Below, in pieces: positions 38,910 through 47,456 of a stretch of DNA of 64,000 nt (within the stretch, counting starts at the first letter, position 1; every line of letters begins with the position of its first letter). Origin of the DNA: Methanoregula sp. (GTDB lineage: Archaea > Halobacteriota > Methanomicrobia > Methanomicrobiales > Methanospirillaceae); assembly GCF_035543475.1 (NCBI RefSeq), contig NZ_DATKKA010000010.1, positions 7,363 through 71,362 on the forward strand, given 5' to 3'. Under the pieces are notes generated by a model. The model worked only from the letters and a program-made list of their open reading frames with translations, made no database searches and was not told the origin of the DNA. The position numbers and the translations under genes were made by a program.

Positions 38910-39593
38910 ATGCATATGCGCCCCTCGGTCGTGGTCAACGTGGCGATGAGTGCGGACGGGAAGCTCTCCACCCGCGAACGCCGGCAGGTGAAGATCTCCG
39001 GCAGCAATGATTTTGCCCGCGTGGACCGGCTCAAGGCCGGGTGCGACGCGGTGATGGTCGGGATCGGGACGGTACTTGCCGACGACCCTTCGCTGACGGT
39101 GAAAAACCCCGATCTCAAAGCAGAGCGCCAGCAGGGGGGGAGGCCGGAGCACCCGGTACGGGTCGTCATCGACAGCGGGGCCCGGATACCTCCCGAAGCT
39201 GCGATCCTCAATAAGGGCGACGGTTTGCGGGTCGTGGCAGTTGCAGAGCGGGCCGACCCGGCACGGGTGGCGACGCTCCGGGAGAAAGCAACGGTCATCA
39301 CCGCGGGCAGGGACGAGGTGGACCTCCCCCGGGTGCTTGATGAGCTTGGGCACATGGGCATCCGGCGCCTGATGGTAGAAGGTGGGGGAACGCTGATTGC
39401 CGGGCTCGTCCGGGCCGGGCTTGTAGACGAGATCTACACCTACATCGGGAGTATCGTGATCAGCGGGAAGGATGCACCCACCCTTGCCGACGGCGAGGGC
39501 TGGGTACGGGAGAGCGATTTTGCCCGGCTCACGCTTGCGGACGTGACCCGGGTGGACGACGGTGTTCTCCTCCACTGGACCGTCCGGCGCTAA
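38910..39593 (+). CDS. ribD: 2,5-diamino-6-ribosylamino-4(3H)-pyrimidinone 5'-phosphate reductase (RibD C-terminal-domain type)
   Basis: VVVNVAMSADGKLS...VMVGIGTVLADDPSLTV...LMVEGGGTL. The start was chosen at MHMRPS; the listed ORF starts at 38856, overlapping the upstream stop. Confidence 0.85.
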   Translation: MHMRPSVVVNVAMSADGKLSTRERRQVKISGSNDFARVDRLKAGCDAVMVGIGTVLADDPSLTVKNPDLKAERQQGGRPEHPVRVVIDSGARIPPEAAILNKGDGLRVVAVAERADPARVATLREKATVITAGRDEVDLPRVLDELGHMGIRRLMVEGGGTLIAGLVRAGLVDEIYTYIGSIVISGKDAPTLADGEGWVRESDFARLTLADVTRVDDGVLLHWTVRR

Positions 39594-39701
39594 TCTGCTT
39601 TTTTGTCCGATGCTTTTTTTGCCGGCACGGGAAAATAATCTGCTACGTATCTTGCGGTTATTGTCCTTGCCGCGGTCTTTTTCCTGATCGCCGTAAGGCA
39701 G

Positions 39702-40880
39702 GTGAGCAGGTTCACCCTCCGGATCTGGCAGGTCATGCTCGGTGGAGCACTGGCAGTCCTCCTCCTGGGCCAGATCTCCCCGGTCAACGCCATTTATGCG
39801 ATCAACATTGACGTGATGGTCTTTCTCTTCGGGATGTTCGTCGTGGGGGAGGCGCTCTCCCGGAGCGGGTACCTCGATATGCTTGCCCGCCGGCTCTTCC
39901 GTCATGCACGCACCCCGGGGGAGCTCGTAATCCTTGTACTCTTTTGCTTTGGGATCCTCTCTGCGCTGCTCATGAACGATACGCTCGCCATCATCGGTAC
40001 GCCACTCGTTCTGGGACTTGCCGCCCGGTCCCGCCTCCCGGCAAAGATGCTCCTTCTCGCCCTCGCCTTTGCCATCACCACCGGGAGCGTGGCAAGCCCG
40101 ATCGGTAACCCGCAGAACCTTCTTGTGGCGGTCAACAGCGGGATGACCGCACCGTTTGTCACGTTTGCTTCCTCGCTCCTCCTGCCGACGGTGATCTCTC
40201 TTGCCGCGACGTGGCTGGTGCTCTTCTTCTTTTATCGGAAGGAATTGGGTGTTCCGCTGGCCGGTGAGACCGGCCCGGCAACCGCACCGGACCCCGCACT
40301 CACCCGGATCGTGCAGTGCTCGCTTGCGATCCTTGTCGGGCTCGCACTGGCAAACATTATCGCATCGCTTTTCACCGGTGCGATCGTCATCCCCTTGCCA
40401 CTGATCGGGGTTGCCGCCGCCCTCCCCGTCCTGGTCTTCTCGTCCCGGAGGGTCGCGGTGCTCCGGTCCATTGACTGGTGCACGCTCGTCTTCTTTGCCG
40501 CGATGTTTGTTTTAATGGCAGCGGTCTGGGAGACCGGGTTCTTCCAGTCAGTGGCCGGCACCGCGGGGGTGACTTCCGTCCCCGCAATCCTTGCAACAAG
40601 CGTGGTCATCAGCCAGTTCATCTCGAACGTGCCCTTTGTTGCCCTCTTTTCGCCCCTCATCCTCCAGGCCGGCGGCGGCACCGCCCGGCTCATGGCGCTT
40701 GCCGCCGGGAGCACGATCGCCGGCAACCTCACGATCCTCGGTGCGGCAAGCAACGTGATCATCATCCAGCAGGCGGAATCACGGGGAGAAACCCTTACCT
40801 TTTTTGAATTTGCAAAGATCGGCGTACCGCTGACACTCTTACAGGTCGGGATCTATGCAGTATGCCTTGGGGTACTCTAG
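39702..40880 (+). CDS. ArsB/NhaD-superfamily anion permease (citrate-transporter-like)
   Basis: Multi-TM protein with duplicated halves. The listed GTG start probably truncates the first helix (see findings). Confidence 0.8.
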   Translation: MSRFTLRIWQVMLGGALAVLLLGQISPVNAIYAINIDVMVFLFGMFVVGEALSRSGYLDMLARRLFRHARTPGELVILVLFCFGILSALLMNDTLAIIGTPLVLGLAARSRLPAKMLLLALAFAITTGSVASPIGNPQNLLVAVNSGMTAPFVTFASSLLLPTVISLAATWLVLFFFYRKELGVPLAGETGPATAPDPALTRIVQCSLAILVGLALANIIASLFTGAIVIPLPLIGVAAALPVLVFSSRRVAVLRSIDWCTLVFFAAMFVLMAAVWETGFFQSVAGTAGVTSVPAILATSVVISQFISNVPFVALFSPLILQAGGGTARLMALAAGSTIAGNLTILGAASNVIIIQQAESRGETLTFFEFAKIGVPLTLLQVGIYAVCLGVL

Positions 40881-41071
40881 GAAAAACAGGGGAAGAGGGA
40901 TACGTATTCCCCTTGAGCTGCCTGGATTCCACGTCCTGGAAAATTCCCTGCCTGCCGGTGAATGAAAACTCCCGGGCCGAACCGCACGGATCTGATAATA
41001 AGTACGGCCAGCACATCTGGGCCGATCAGGGCCCGGAAGCCCGAAAAATAATCGGGATCGGGATAAAAAAT

Positions 41072-41449
41072 TCAGACTTTGTTTGACACATCACCCTTCA
41101 TGATGTACTTTACGAGCAGGAAAATCACCAGGGCAATGATAACGAAATTGATCAGGGCACTCGCAAAATCCCCGGGCATGAACTTGATGGGCCCGATCTG
41201 CAGTACCATGTTCTGCCAGTCCCCGCCGGGGATGATGACGCCTACAAACGGCATGATAATGTCCTTTACCAGTGCCGTCACCAGGGTCGATGCAGCCGTG
41301 CCTATGACAAATGCAACGGCAAGACCGATGACCTGGTATTTCTTCAAAAAATCCATGAACTCTTCGCTGAATCCCTGTGCCCCCTTACTCAGGTTCATGA
41401 CGCCGGCCTTGAGCTCTTTTTCCGAGACTTCGGGTTTTTTAATCTCCAT
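41072..41449 (-). CDS. mscL: large-conductance mechanosensitive channel
   Basis: FLKKYQVIGLAVAFVIGTAASTLVTALVKDIIMP... is typical of MscL TM1, and TM2 is present. 125 aa. Confidence 0.9.
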   Translation of the reverse strand: MEIKKPEVSEKELKAGVMNLSKGAQGFSEEFMDFLKKYQVIGLAVAFVIGTAASTLVTALVKDIIMPFVGVIIPGGDWQNMVLQIGPIKFMPGDFASALINFVIIALVIFLLVKYIMKGDVSNKV

Positions 41450-41653
41450 AATAAATCACCGGGGAGAAGGTACCATCCCCGAATCAATGATCCTTTTACA
41501 ACGTATTAATTATAATTCCCCTTTTTACCAAAAGACACTCTGCCGCTTCCCGTAAAAGAGATCCTGGCGGGCTACGGAAGAGACCGGCAGGAGATCGTCA
41601 GGTGAAAAGAGAGGTTTTTTGGACCGCCAGAGCCACGGCCACACCCTGAAAAA

Positions 41654-42772
41654 TCAGAGCCGGACCAGCTCGTAATCCCGGGTGCCCATCCCGAGCTCCT
41701 CGGCATACCGCAGCTGGCACGGCCCGTCGGTATTCGGTCGCATGCCGGCAAACTTGTCCTCTCCTGCATGGTGGTGCCGGGGCAGGAACGATTCCTTAAA
41801 GCCTGCCTGCTGGTTCACGAGATCGCAGGCCGCCGCATCGATCGCCACCGGGTCCTTCGAGGCGAGGATACCGATGTCCGGAACAATGGACGCATCACTC
41901 CACGGCACGCAGTCGCAGTCAGGTGTGATCCGGGTAAGGAAACTGATATAACCGATTTTTCCGGCCTTTCCCTGCACCGCCCCGTACGCGTACTCGATCA
42001 CCCGTTCCGTGAAGAGCGGGATCTCGGTCTCCCAGTCGATATCGATCGCATGGGCCGGGCAGACCGTCATGCACTCGAAGCAGCCGATGCAGAGTTCGTG
42101 GTTGATCGAGGACTTTTCGTGTACGAGCGTGATCGCCGACTTCGGGCAGACCTCAACGCACCGCCCGCAGCCGGTGCAGGCATCCCGGATCGAGAACGGC
42201 TTTGCCTGGTGCTGCGCCCGCTTCCCCTGGGGCGGGGCACAACCCATGGCAAGGTTCTTGAGCGCCCCGCCAAAGCCTGCCACCTCGTGCCCCTTGAAGT
42301 GCGTCAGGACCATCATGCTCTCCGCCGCTGCAATATCTCCGGCGATCAGAACGGTCTTGAAATGTTTTTTGTTAATCTGCACGTGTGCCACGTTCTTCCC
42401 GCAGAGGCCATCGGCAATGATCACCGGCGCCCCGACCACTGCGTAATCGAACCCGTGGTGGATCGCGGTCGTGATATGATCAACGGCATTTGAGCGGCTC
42501 CCCAGGTAGAGGGTATTGGTGTCCGTCACAAACGGCAGGGCACCTGCTGCCTTAACCTTCTCCACCACCTGCCGGACATAGACCGGGCTGATGTAGGAGT
42601 CGTTTCCCTGCTCCCCGAAATGGAGCTTTATCGCCGTGCGGTCCCACGGCTGGAGACAGGCATCAAAACCCGCGGCCTCAAAGAGCCTGCGGACCTTTGC
42701 CTCGGTACTCTCGTTTGGCGATCGCGCCCGCATGCTGGCAAACCAGACGGTGCTTTTCATTTCCGAACTCAT
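41654..42772 (-). CDS. DUF362-family protein with two inserted 4Fe-4S ferredoxin motifs
   Basis: CTGCGRCVEVCP and CIGCFECMTVCP lie within a DUF362-like scaffold. Confidence 0.8.
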   Translation of the reverse strand: MSSEMKSTVWFASMRARSPNESTEAKVRRLFEAAGFDACLQPWDRTAIKLHFGEQGNDSYISPVYVRQVVEKVKAAGALPFVTDTNTLYLGSRSNAVDHITTAIHHGFDYAVVGAPVIIADGLCGKNVAHVQINKKHFKTVLIAGDIAAAESMMVLTHFKGHEVAGFGGALKNLAMGCAPPQGKRAQHQAKPFSIRDACTGCGRCVEVCPKSAITLVHEKSSINHELCIGCFECMTVCPAHAIDIDWETEIPLFTERVIEYAYGAVQGKAGKIGYISFLTRITPDCDCVPWSDASIVPDIGILASKDPVAIDAAACDLVNQQAGFKESFLPRHHHAGEDKFAGMRPNTDGPCQLRYAEELGMGTRDYELVRL

Positions 42773-42823
42773 CCCCGGAAGGATTATTGTCGCAACACCT
42801 ATCTAAAAGTCGTGCCCGCACCC

Positions 42824-44194
42824 TCAGACCAGTGTGTCAAGGTTGCGCTTGCGGATCTTTTCCTTGTTGTACCGCCTGAGGTCCTTTGCCCGCTCGAAGT
42901 ACTGGCGCGAGAGGTCGTCACGCCCCATTGCCTGGACGCAGATCCCCATGTTGTTCCAGGCCGCGGCGTTGGCAGGGTTCTTGTCCAGCAGCTGGTTGTA
43001 GGTGTCCACTGCGGCCGAGAGGATCTTGCTGTCGTCCCGGAGGATCCCCAGTTTCTGGAGGGTTTCCCCACAGGTAAAGAGGATCTCCTCTTCCGAGGGG
43101 GCAAGTTCGAGTGCTTTTGTGATCGAGGCAAGGGCCTCCTCGTTTCGCTCCAGGGCACGCAGGCAGATACCCCGGTCATGCCATGCAAAGGCATGCGAGG
43201 GCTCGATCTCGAGCGCTTTGTCAAAGGCGGCTATGGCCTCCTCGTACTTCCCCTCCCGGTAATAGAGGCGGAGCCCTTCCTGGTAATATGACTTGGACCT
43301 GCCCAGCAGCCGGTCGAACATCTTTCCCTGGCCGGCAGGAGTGGCAGGCTTTTCTCCCTTTTCTGCCTTTTCTTCCTGGAGCAGGAGGTCGGTCCCGATA
43401 GTATGGGTGATGTCCCGGATGGCCTGGATGATACCGACAAAGATCCCGCGGCCGTCATACAGCGCCTTTGCCTTCATCCAGAGAACCCGCTCCCCTCCTT
43501 CCTTAGCCGGGGCCTTGATCCAGGCAGTAATCATCCCGTCCTCCTTTGCGATGACCGAGTACCGGTTCTTCCGGATGACCGCCTCGTCCTCGAAGACCAT
43601 GTCTGCAAGGAACGGCACCTTGCTGCCGAAGAAGGCGACCGCATAGGCATGGTCCTTCTTTCCCAGTACGTCCGCTGCAGCCACACCCGAGAGGTCTGCC
43701 ATCCCCTTGTTCCAGGCGATTATCTTGCCGTCCCGGTCGATTGCAAAGGCCGGCTCGGAGAAGAAGTGGACAGCATCGGAAAGGATCTTCTGGGAGGTCC
43801 CGATCCCTTTGCCGACGATTTTGCCTTCGACGGCCCGCCGGATCATGTGGACCATCTCCCGGAGCTGCGGCTGGATCTCCTCGCCTTTTTTTAAGTAAAA
43901 GTTCGCGCCGTTGTTGAGCGCCTCGATGGCCGCGTATTCCCGGCCTACCCCGGTAAAGATGATAACCGGTGTCGAGTCCCCCTTGGACCGGAGGATCTTT
44001 AAAAACTCGATCCCGTTGATCTCCGGCATATCGTAGTCCACGATAATTGCATCGAAGGTCTGGGTGTTTAAAAGGGTCAGGGACTCCTTTGCGGAGGTGG
44101 AAGTGATCACCTTCATTTCGCCAAACCGCTCCAGGAACTGCCGGGTGACGTTGAGGACCTCCGTCTCATCGTCAATAATAAGCACTGAGAGCAT
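42824..44194 (-). CDS. response regulator: receiver, PAS and TPR domains
   Basis: REC with IIVDYDMPEING (phospho-Asp context), a central PAS-like domain and C-terminal TPR units. Confidence 0.85.
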   Translation of the reverse strand: MLSVLIIDDETEVLNVTRQFLERFGEMKVITSTSAKESLTLLNTQTFDAIIVDYDMPEINGIEFLKILRSKGDSTPVIIFTGVGREYAAIEALNNGANFYLKKGEEIQPQLREMVHMIRRAVEGKIVGKGIGTSQKILSDAVHFFSEPAFAIDRDGKIIAWNKGMADLSGVAAADVLGKKDHAYAVAFFGSKVPFLADMVFEDEAVIRKNRYSVIAKEDGMITAWIKAPAKEGGERVLWMKAKALYDGRGIFVGIIQAIRDITHTIGTDLLLQEEKAEKGEKPATPAGQGKMFDRLLGRSKSYYQEGLRLYYREGKYEEAIAAFDKALEIEPSHAFAWHDRGICLRALERNEEALASITKALELAPSEEEILFTCGETLQKLGILRDDSKILSAAVDTYNQLLDKNPANAAAWNNMGICVQAMGRDDLSRQYFERAKDLRRYNKEKIRKRNLDTLV

Positions 44195-44246
44195 GTCAGA
44201 CCGTTATGTCGTTTTTATCCGGCAAAAGATAAAAAAGGATGTATTA

Positions 44247-44735
44247 TCAGGCGCGCTTGGAGAGCTCGTGATCGAGATAGAAGAGGTGCCCGGGAATATC
44301 CCCCAGGGTCTTTATCTTATCCACGATCAGGGCAGCATTTGCTTCCTCCTCGACCTGCTCTTTGACAAACCACTGGAGCATCTCGAAGGTCGCGTGATCC
44401 TTTTCCTTAATTGCGAGGTCAACAAGGGCATTGATCATCCCGGTCACTTTCTGCTCGTGGGCATACACCTCTTCAAAGACCTTGCCGGACGACGACCACT
44501 TTGCCTTGGGAGCCTCGATGGTGTCGAGAGTTGCCTTCCCCTGCCGTGCGAAAATGTACTCGTAGAACTTCATGGCATGCCCTCTTTCTTCATTGGACTG
44601 GATCATCATCCAGTGGGCAAAGCCGGTGAGATTGACCGAAGTAAAATAAGCCGACATTCCCAGGTAGAGGTACGAGGAATAGAGTTCGCGGTTGACCTGG
44701 CGGTTCAGTGCTTCTTCCATGGTTTTGGATAACAT
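44247..44735 (-). CDS. ftn: ferritin
   Basis: Ferroxidase-centre residues are present (ELYSSYLYL, NEERGHAMKF, HEQ, EQVEEE). 162 aa. Confidence 0.9.
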   Translation of the reverse strand: MLSKTMEEALNRQVNRELYSSYLYLGMSAYFTSVNLTGFAHWMMIQSNEERGHAMKFYEYIFARQGKATLDTIEAPKAKWSSSGKVFEEVYAHEQKVTGMINALVDLAIKEKDHATFEMLQWFVKEQVEEEANAALIVDKIKTLGDIPGHLFYLDHELSKRA

Positions 44736-44861
44736 ACTAAGATCTCCTGTATGCGCGTGAGATTGATTTGGTTTTTAATAAGGGTATCGCCCGTGACAAC
44801 AAATGTCCGGGAAAAACGGGATGCCCACCCGGAAGCGGGCAAAGAAGGATGGCGGCCCGGG

Positions 44862-45320
44862 TTATCGCCGGATCCGGTTCTTCTCTTCCTTGATATCGAG
44901 AAGGATCTCCAGCTCGAGCGATTTTGCAAAAGCGATCTCTGCCTCATCGCTCTTCCCGGTCTCCTCAAGGCAGATCCCCTTCACGTACCAGGCCACCGCA
45001 TCGTTAGCATTGAGGGTCGAGGCCCGGGTGGCAGCAGCAAGGGCCGGCACGTACTGCCCGACCTGAGAAAGGGCCAGAGCCTTCCTCGACCAGGCATCGG
45101 CCTGGTTCGGGTTGAGGGCGAGTGCCTGGTCGCAGTCCGCGACAGCATCGGCAAAACGCTCCATCTCTATCTTCGCCCCCGCCCGCTGGCTCCAGCACTC
45201 GGGGTTTCTGGGTTCGAGCCGGATCGCCTGGTCGTACAGTGCAAGGGCTTCCTTGTACTTGGTCTGCCGGACGTACTGTTCCGCCCGCTTCAGGATGCGG
45301 GGGATCTCGCTCACCGGCAT
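44862..45320 (-). CDS. TPR repeat protein
   Basis: Four TPR units (YKEALALYDQAIRLEP.., ADAWSRKALAL...). Confidence 0.8.
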   Translation of the reverse strand: MPVSEIPRILKRAEQYVRQTKYKEALALYDQAIRLEPRNPECWSQRAGAKIEMERFADAVADCDQALALNPNQADAWSRKALALSQVGQYVPALAAATRASTLNANDAVAWYVKGICLEETGKSDEAEIAFAKSLELEILLDIKEEKNRIRR

Positions 45321-45375
45321 ACGGTGCTCCCGGCCGGGTTGGCTTTTTCCAGGTGATGGGATGGGTCGGTCATAC

Positions 45376-46374
45376 TCAGGATTCGTCGATCAGGTCGCCG
45401 AAGATCTTTTTTAAGGCTGCTTTTTCGTACACTGGCGCTTCCTGCTCCGCGGCAAGCAGGTGTTGGGGCGTTTCCCAGATAAACCAGTCCTTCATCGTCA
45501 TGTAGGCGAGCATGGCGTTGGTGAGGTTCACCCCAACCTTGTACAGGTTCCCGTAATACTCGAGACTGGAATCTGCACTCCAGTCTGCGGTCAGGTGCTT
45601 TTCCATGATCGTGAGCATGTTGTCGCCAAAGACCTTGGACTGGTACCATGCCGTATGCGTCCAGCGGGTGGTGAGCATCTCCTTGACCTCGAGGTGGTCG
45701 AACTTCTTCATCTGGGGGATGTTTACTACCGGCATCAGCTTGTCGGCGGGAAGCGTCTTTGCCAGGTAGAGGTCCCGGGCATAGAACATGGACTTGTCGA
45801 GCACGAAGTACCGCCGGGGGATGATCTCCATCATGTCCATCATCTCATCCATGTCCTGCTTGCCGTCCTTGAGGAGGATGTAGAGCTGGGTCTTTCGCAG
45901 CTGCTCCATCCGATAATAGATCCGGGCGTTGACCACCGGGTTCCAGGGCAGTTCGTTGATATCATCGTGGAACTGCTTATACAGGATAAAAAGCATGTCG
46001 ATGAGTTTTTTGACCGGCAGCTTTTTGTCCTTCTTTGCCTCGTCCTTGAGCGCGTCGAGGTACACCTGCCGCATCCCGGTATAGACCGTGTCCGCGTTGT
46101 ACGAGAGGACCCGGTACCCGCCGGTCTTTGCTGCCGCCCCCTTGACGAGGAGGTGGGTGCACTGTTTTGCGATGACAAAGTCCTTTAACAGGCCGATGTA
46201 GTTTGCAGGAAAGATGATGATGTTCTTGTCAAGGTTATACGAATAGACGTCGATGAGCGTCCCGCCCGGGGGAGCCTCGGGTTTGCGCAGCAGGGTGACC
46301 TCGGTGTCAAGCATCCGCTCGGTCTCCGCAATGAACCGGCGGATAGGCCGGGTGAGGGGCATGTTGGTCTTCAT
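45376..46374 (-). CDS. hypothetical protein (332 aa)
   Basis: Clean ORF, Lys/Met/Tyr-rich, with no motif I recognise. Lies upstream of the TPR gene on the same strand. Confidence 0.65.
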   Translation of the reverse strand: MKTNMPLTRPIRRFIAETERMLDTEVTLLRKPEAPPGGTLIDVYSYNLDKNIIIFPANYIGLLKDFVIAKQCTHLLVKGAAAKTGGYRVLSYNADTVYTGMRQVYLDALKDEAKKDKKLPVKKLIDMLFILYKQFHDDINELPWNPVVNARIYYRMEQLRKTQLYILLKDGKQDMDEMMDMMEIIPRRYFVLDKSMFYARDLYLAKTLPADKLMPVVNIPQMKKFDHLEVKEMLTTRWTHTAWYQSKVFGDNMLTIMEKHLTADWSADSSLEYYGNLYKVGVNLTNAMLAYMTMKDWFIWETPQHLLAAEQEAPVYEKAALKKIFGDLIDES

Positions 46375-46526
46375 GGCCCGTCATCCTCTCCCGTCTTCAT
46401 CCTGCTGCACCGCCATATCTTCTTACCTGACGTAACGGGTAGATTTCACGTAAAGAGGGAAAAACGTTAGGATCCTGCTCACGGGGCCGGAAAATCAAAA
46501 AAAACCGGGAGTGCTGCAGGGTCCGG

Positions 46527-47129
46527 TCACGGCCTTTTCCGGGGCCGGGCAAGGGAGTGGATAAAGCCGGTGAGGGGATCCTGTTTTTTGGGCCGGAAGA
46601 CGCCCTGGTTGACGTACCTGACATCTTCGATCGAGAAGAATGCACCGGGGTTGGTCTCCTCGATATGCCGGGTGATCCGGGGGACATCGTCGCGGTTCAC
46701 CAGCGAGATGATCATCGTAACCCCGCCCCGGGCCCCTTTCGCATCCAGGCAGGTGGTGCCGTAGTTCTCCGCCTGCATAAACTGCATGATCCCGTCACCG
46801 CTGCCATCGGTCGTGATGATGCGCATGATCACCATCCCGATCGAGAGTTTCTCCTCGATGACAAGGCCCACGTACGTCCCCAGCGCAAACCCGAATGCAT
46901 AGGCAAGGAAGTACGAGATATTGGAGAGGTTGTTGAGAACACCGACAATCGCCAGCAGCCAGATGATGATCTCAAAGAACGCGATGACCGGGGCGAGATA
47001 CTTCATCCCCTTGGACAAAAAGACGATCCGGAGCGTCTCCATGCAGACGTTTGCGATCTGGGCAAGGAAGATGAGCAGAGGGATGATAACGTAGTTGAAG
47101 ATCTCGGGATTGACAAGGTAGAATGCCAC
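46527..47129 (-). CDS. UPF0316/DUF2179 membrane protein
   Basis: Three N-terminal TM helices plus a C-terminal DUF2179-like domain (TCLDAKGARGG...ISLVNRDD). Confidence 0.75.
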   Translation of the reverse strand: MAFYLVNPEIFNYVIIPLLIFLAQIANVCMETLRIVFLSKGMKYLAPVIAFFEIIIWLLAIVGVLNNLSNISYFLAYAFGFALGTYVGLVIEEKLSIGMVIMRIITTDGSGDGIMQFMQAENYGTTCLDAKGARGGVTMIISLVNRDDVPRITRHIEETNPGAFFSIEDVRYVNQGVFRPKKQDPLTGFIHSLARPRKRP

Positions 47130-47303
47130 GGTATTTGCCTTCTGTCCGGGAGGAGGTCATCTGGCCCGCCGGGGCGGCGGGGTTAAATTGCACAACATAT
47201 GCCGTCGTTTCTATATCAACATTACGGGGAAATCCGGTTAAAAAAGGGAGATCTGGTAAGATTGGCGCGATCGCGCGGATGTATGCGCCCGGTTTCCTTT
47301 CTC

Positions 47304-47450
47304 TTAAGCGCCTGCGTACTTCGCGGGATCGGCATCGAACTTCTTCTTGCAGCCCGGGGCGCAGAAGTAGTACTTTTTCCCCTTGTAGTCGCTGGTGAAC
47401 TTTGCCGTCTTTTCATCGACGGTCATGCCGCAGATCGGGTCAATGGCCAT
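47304..47450 (-). CDS. YHS/TRASH-domain metal-binding protein (48 aa)
   Basis: Below the ORF-track length cutoff. Hand translation gives MAIDPICGMTVDEKTAKFTSDYKGKKYYFCAPGCKKKFDADPAKYAGA*, with the pattern C-x22-C-x3-C. The start lies 6 nt after the copA stop on the same strand. Confidence 0.85.
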   Translation of the reverse strand: MAIDPICGMTVDEKTAKFTSDYKGKKYYFCAPGCKKKFDADPAKYAGA

Positions 47451-47456
47451 ACTCTT

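Noticed and set aside
38493-39905. 470-aa minus-strand ORF spanning the antiporter 3' end, ribD and the permease start
   Set aside because: It overlaps three well-supported plus-strand genes and its composition is low-complexity (Arg/Pro/Gly/His).
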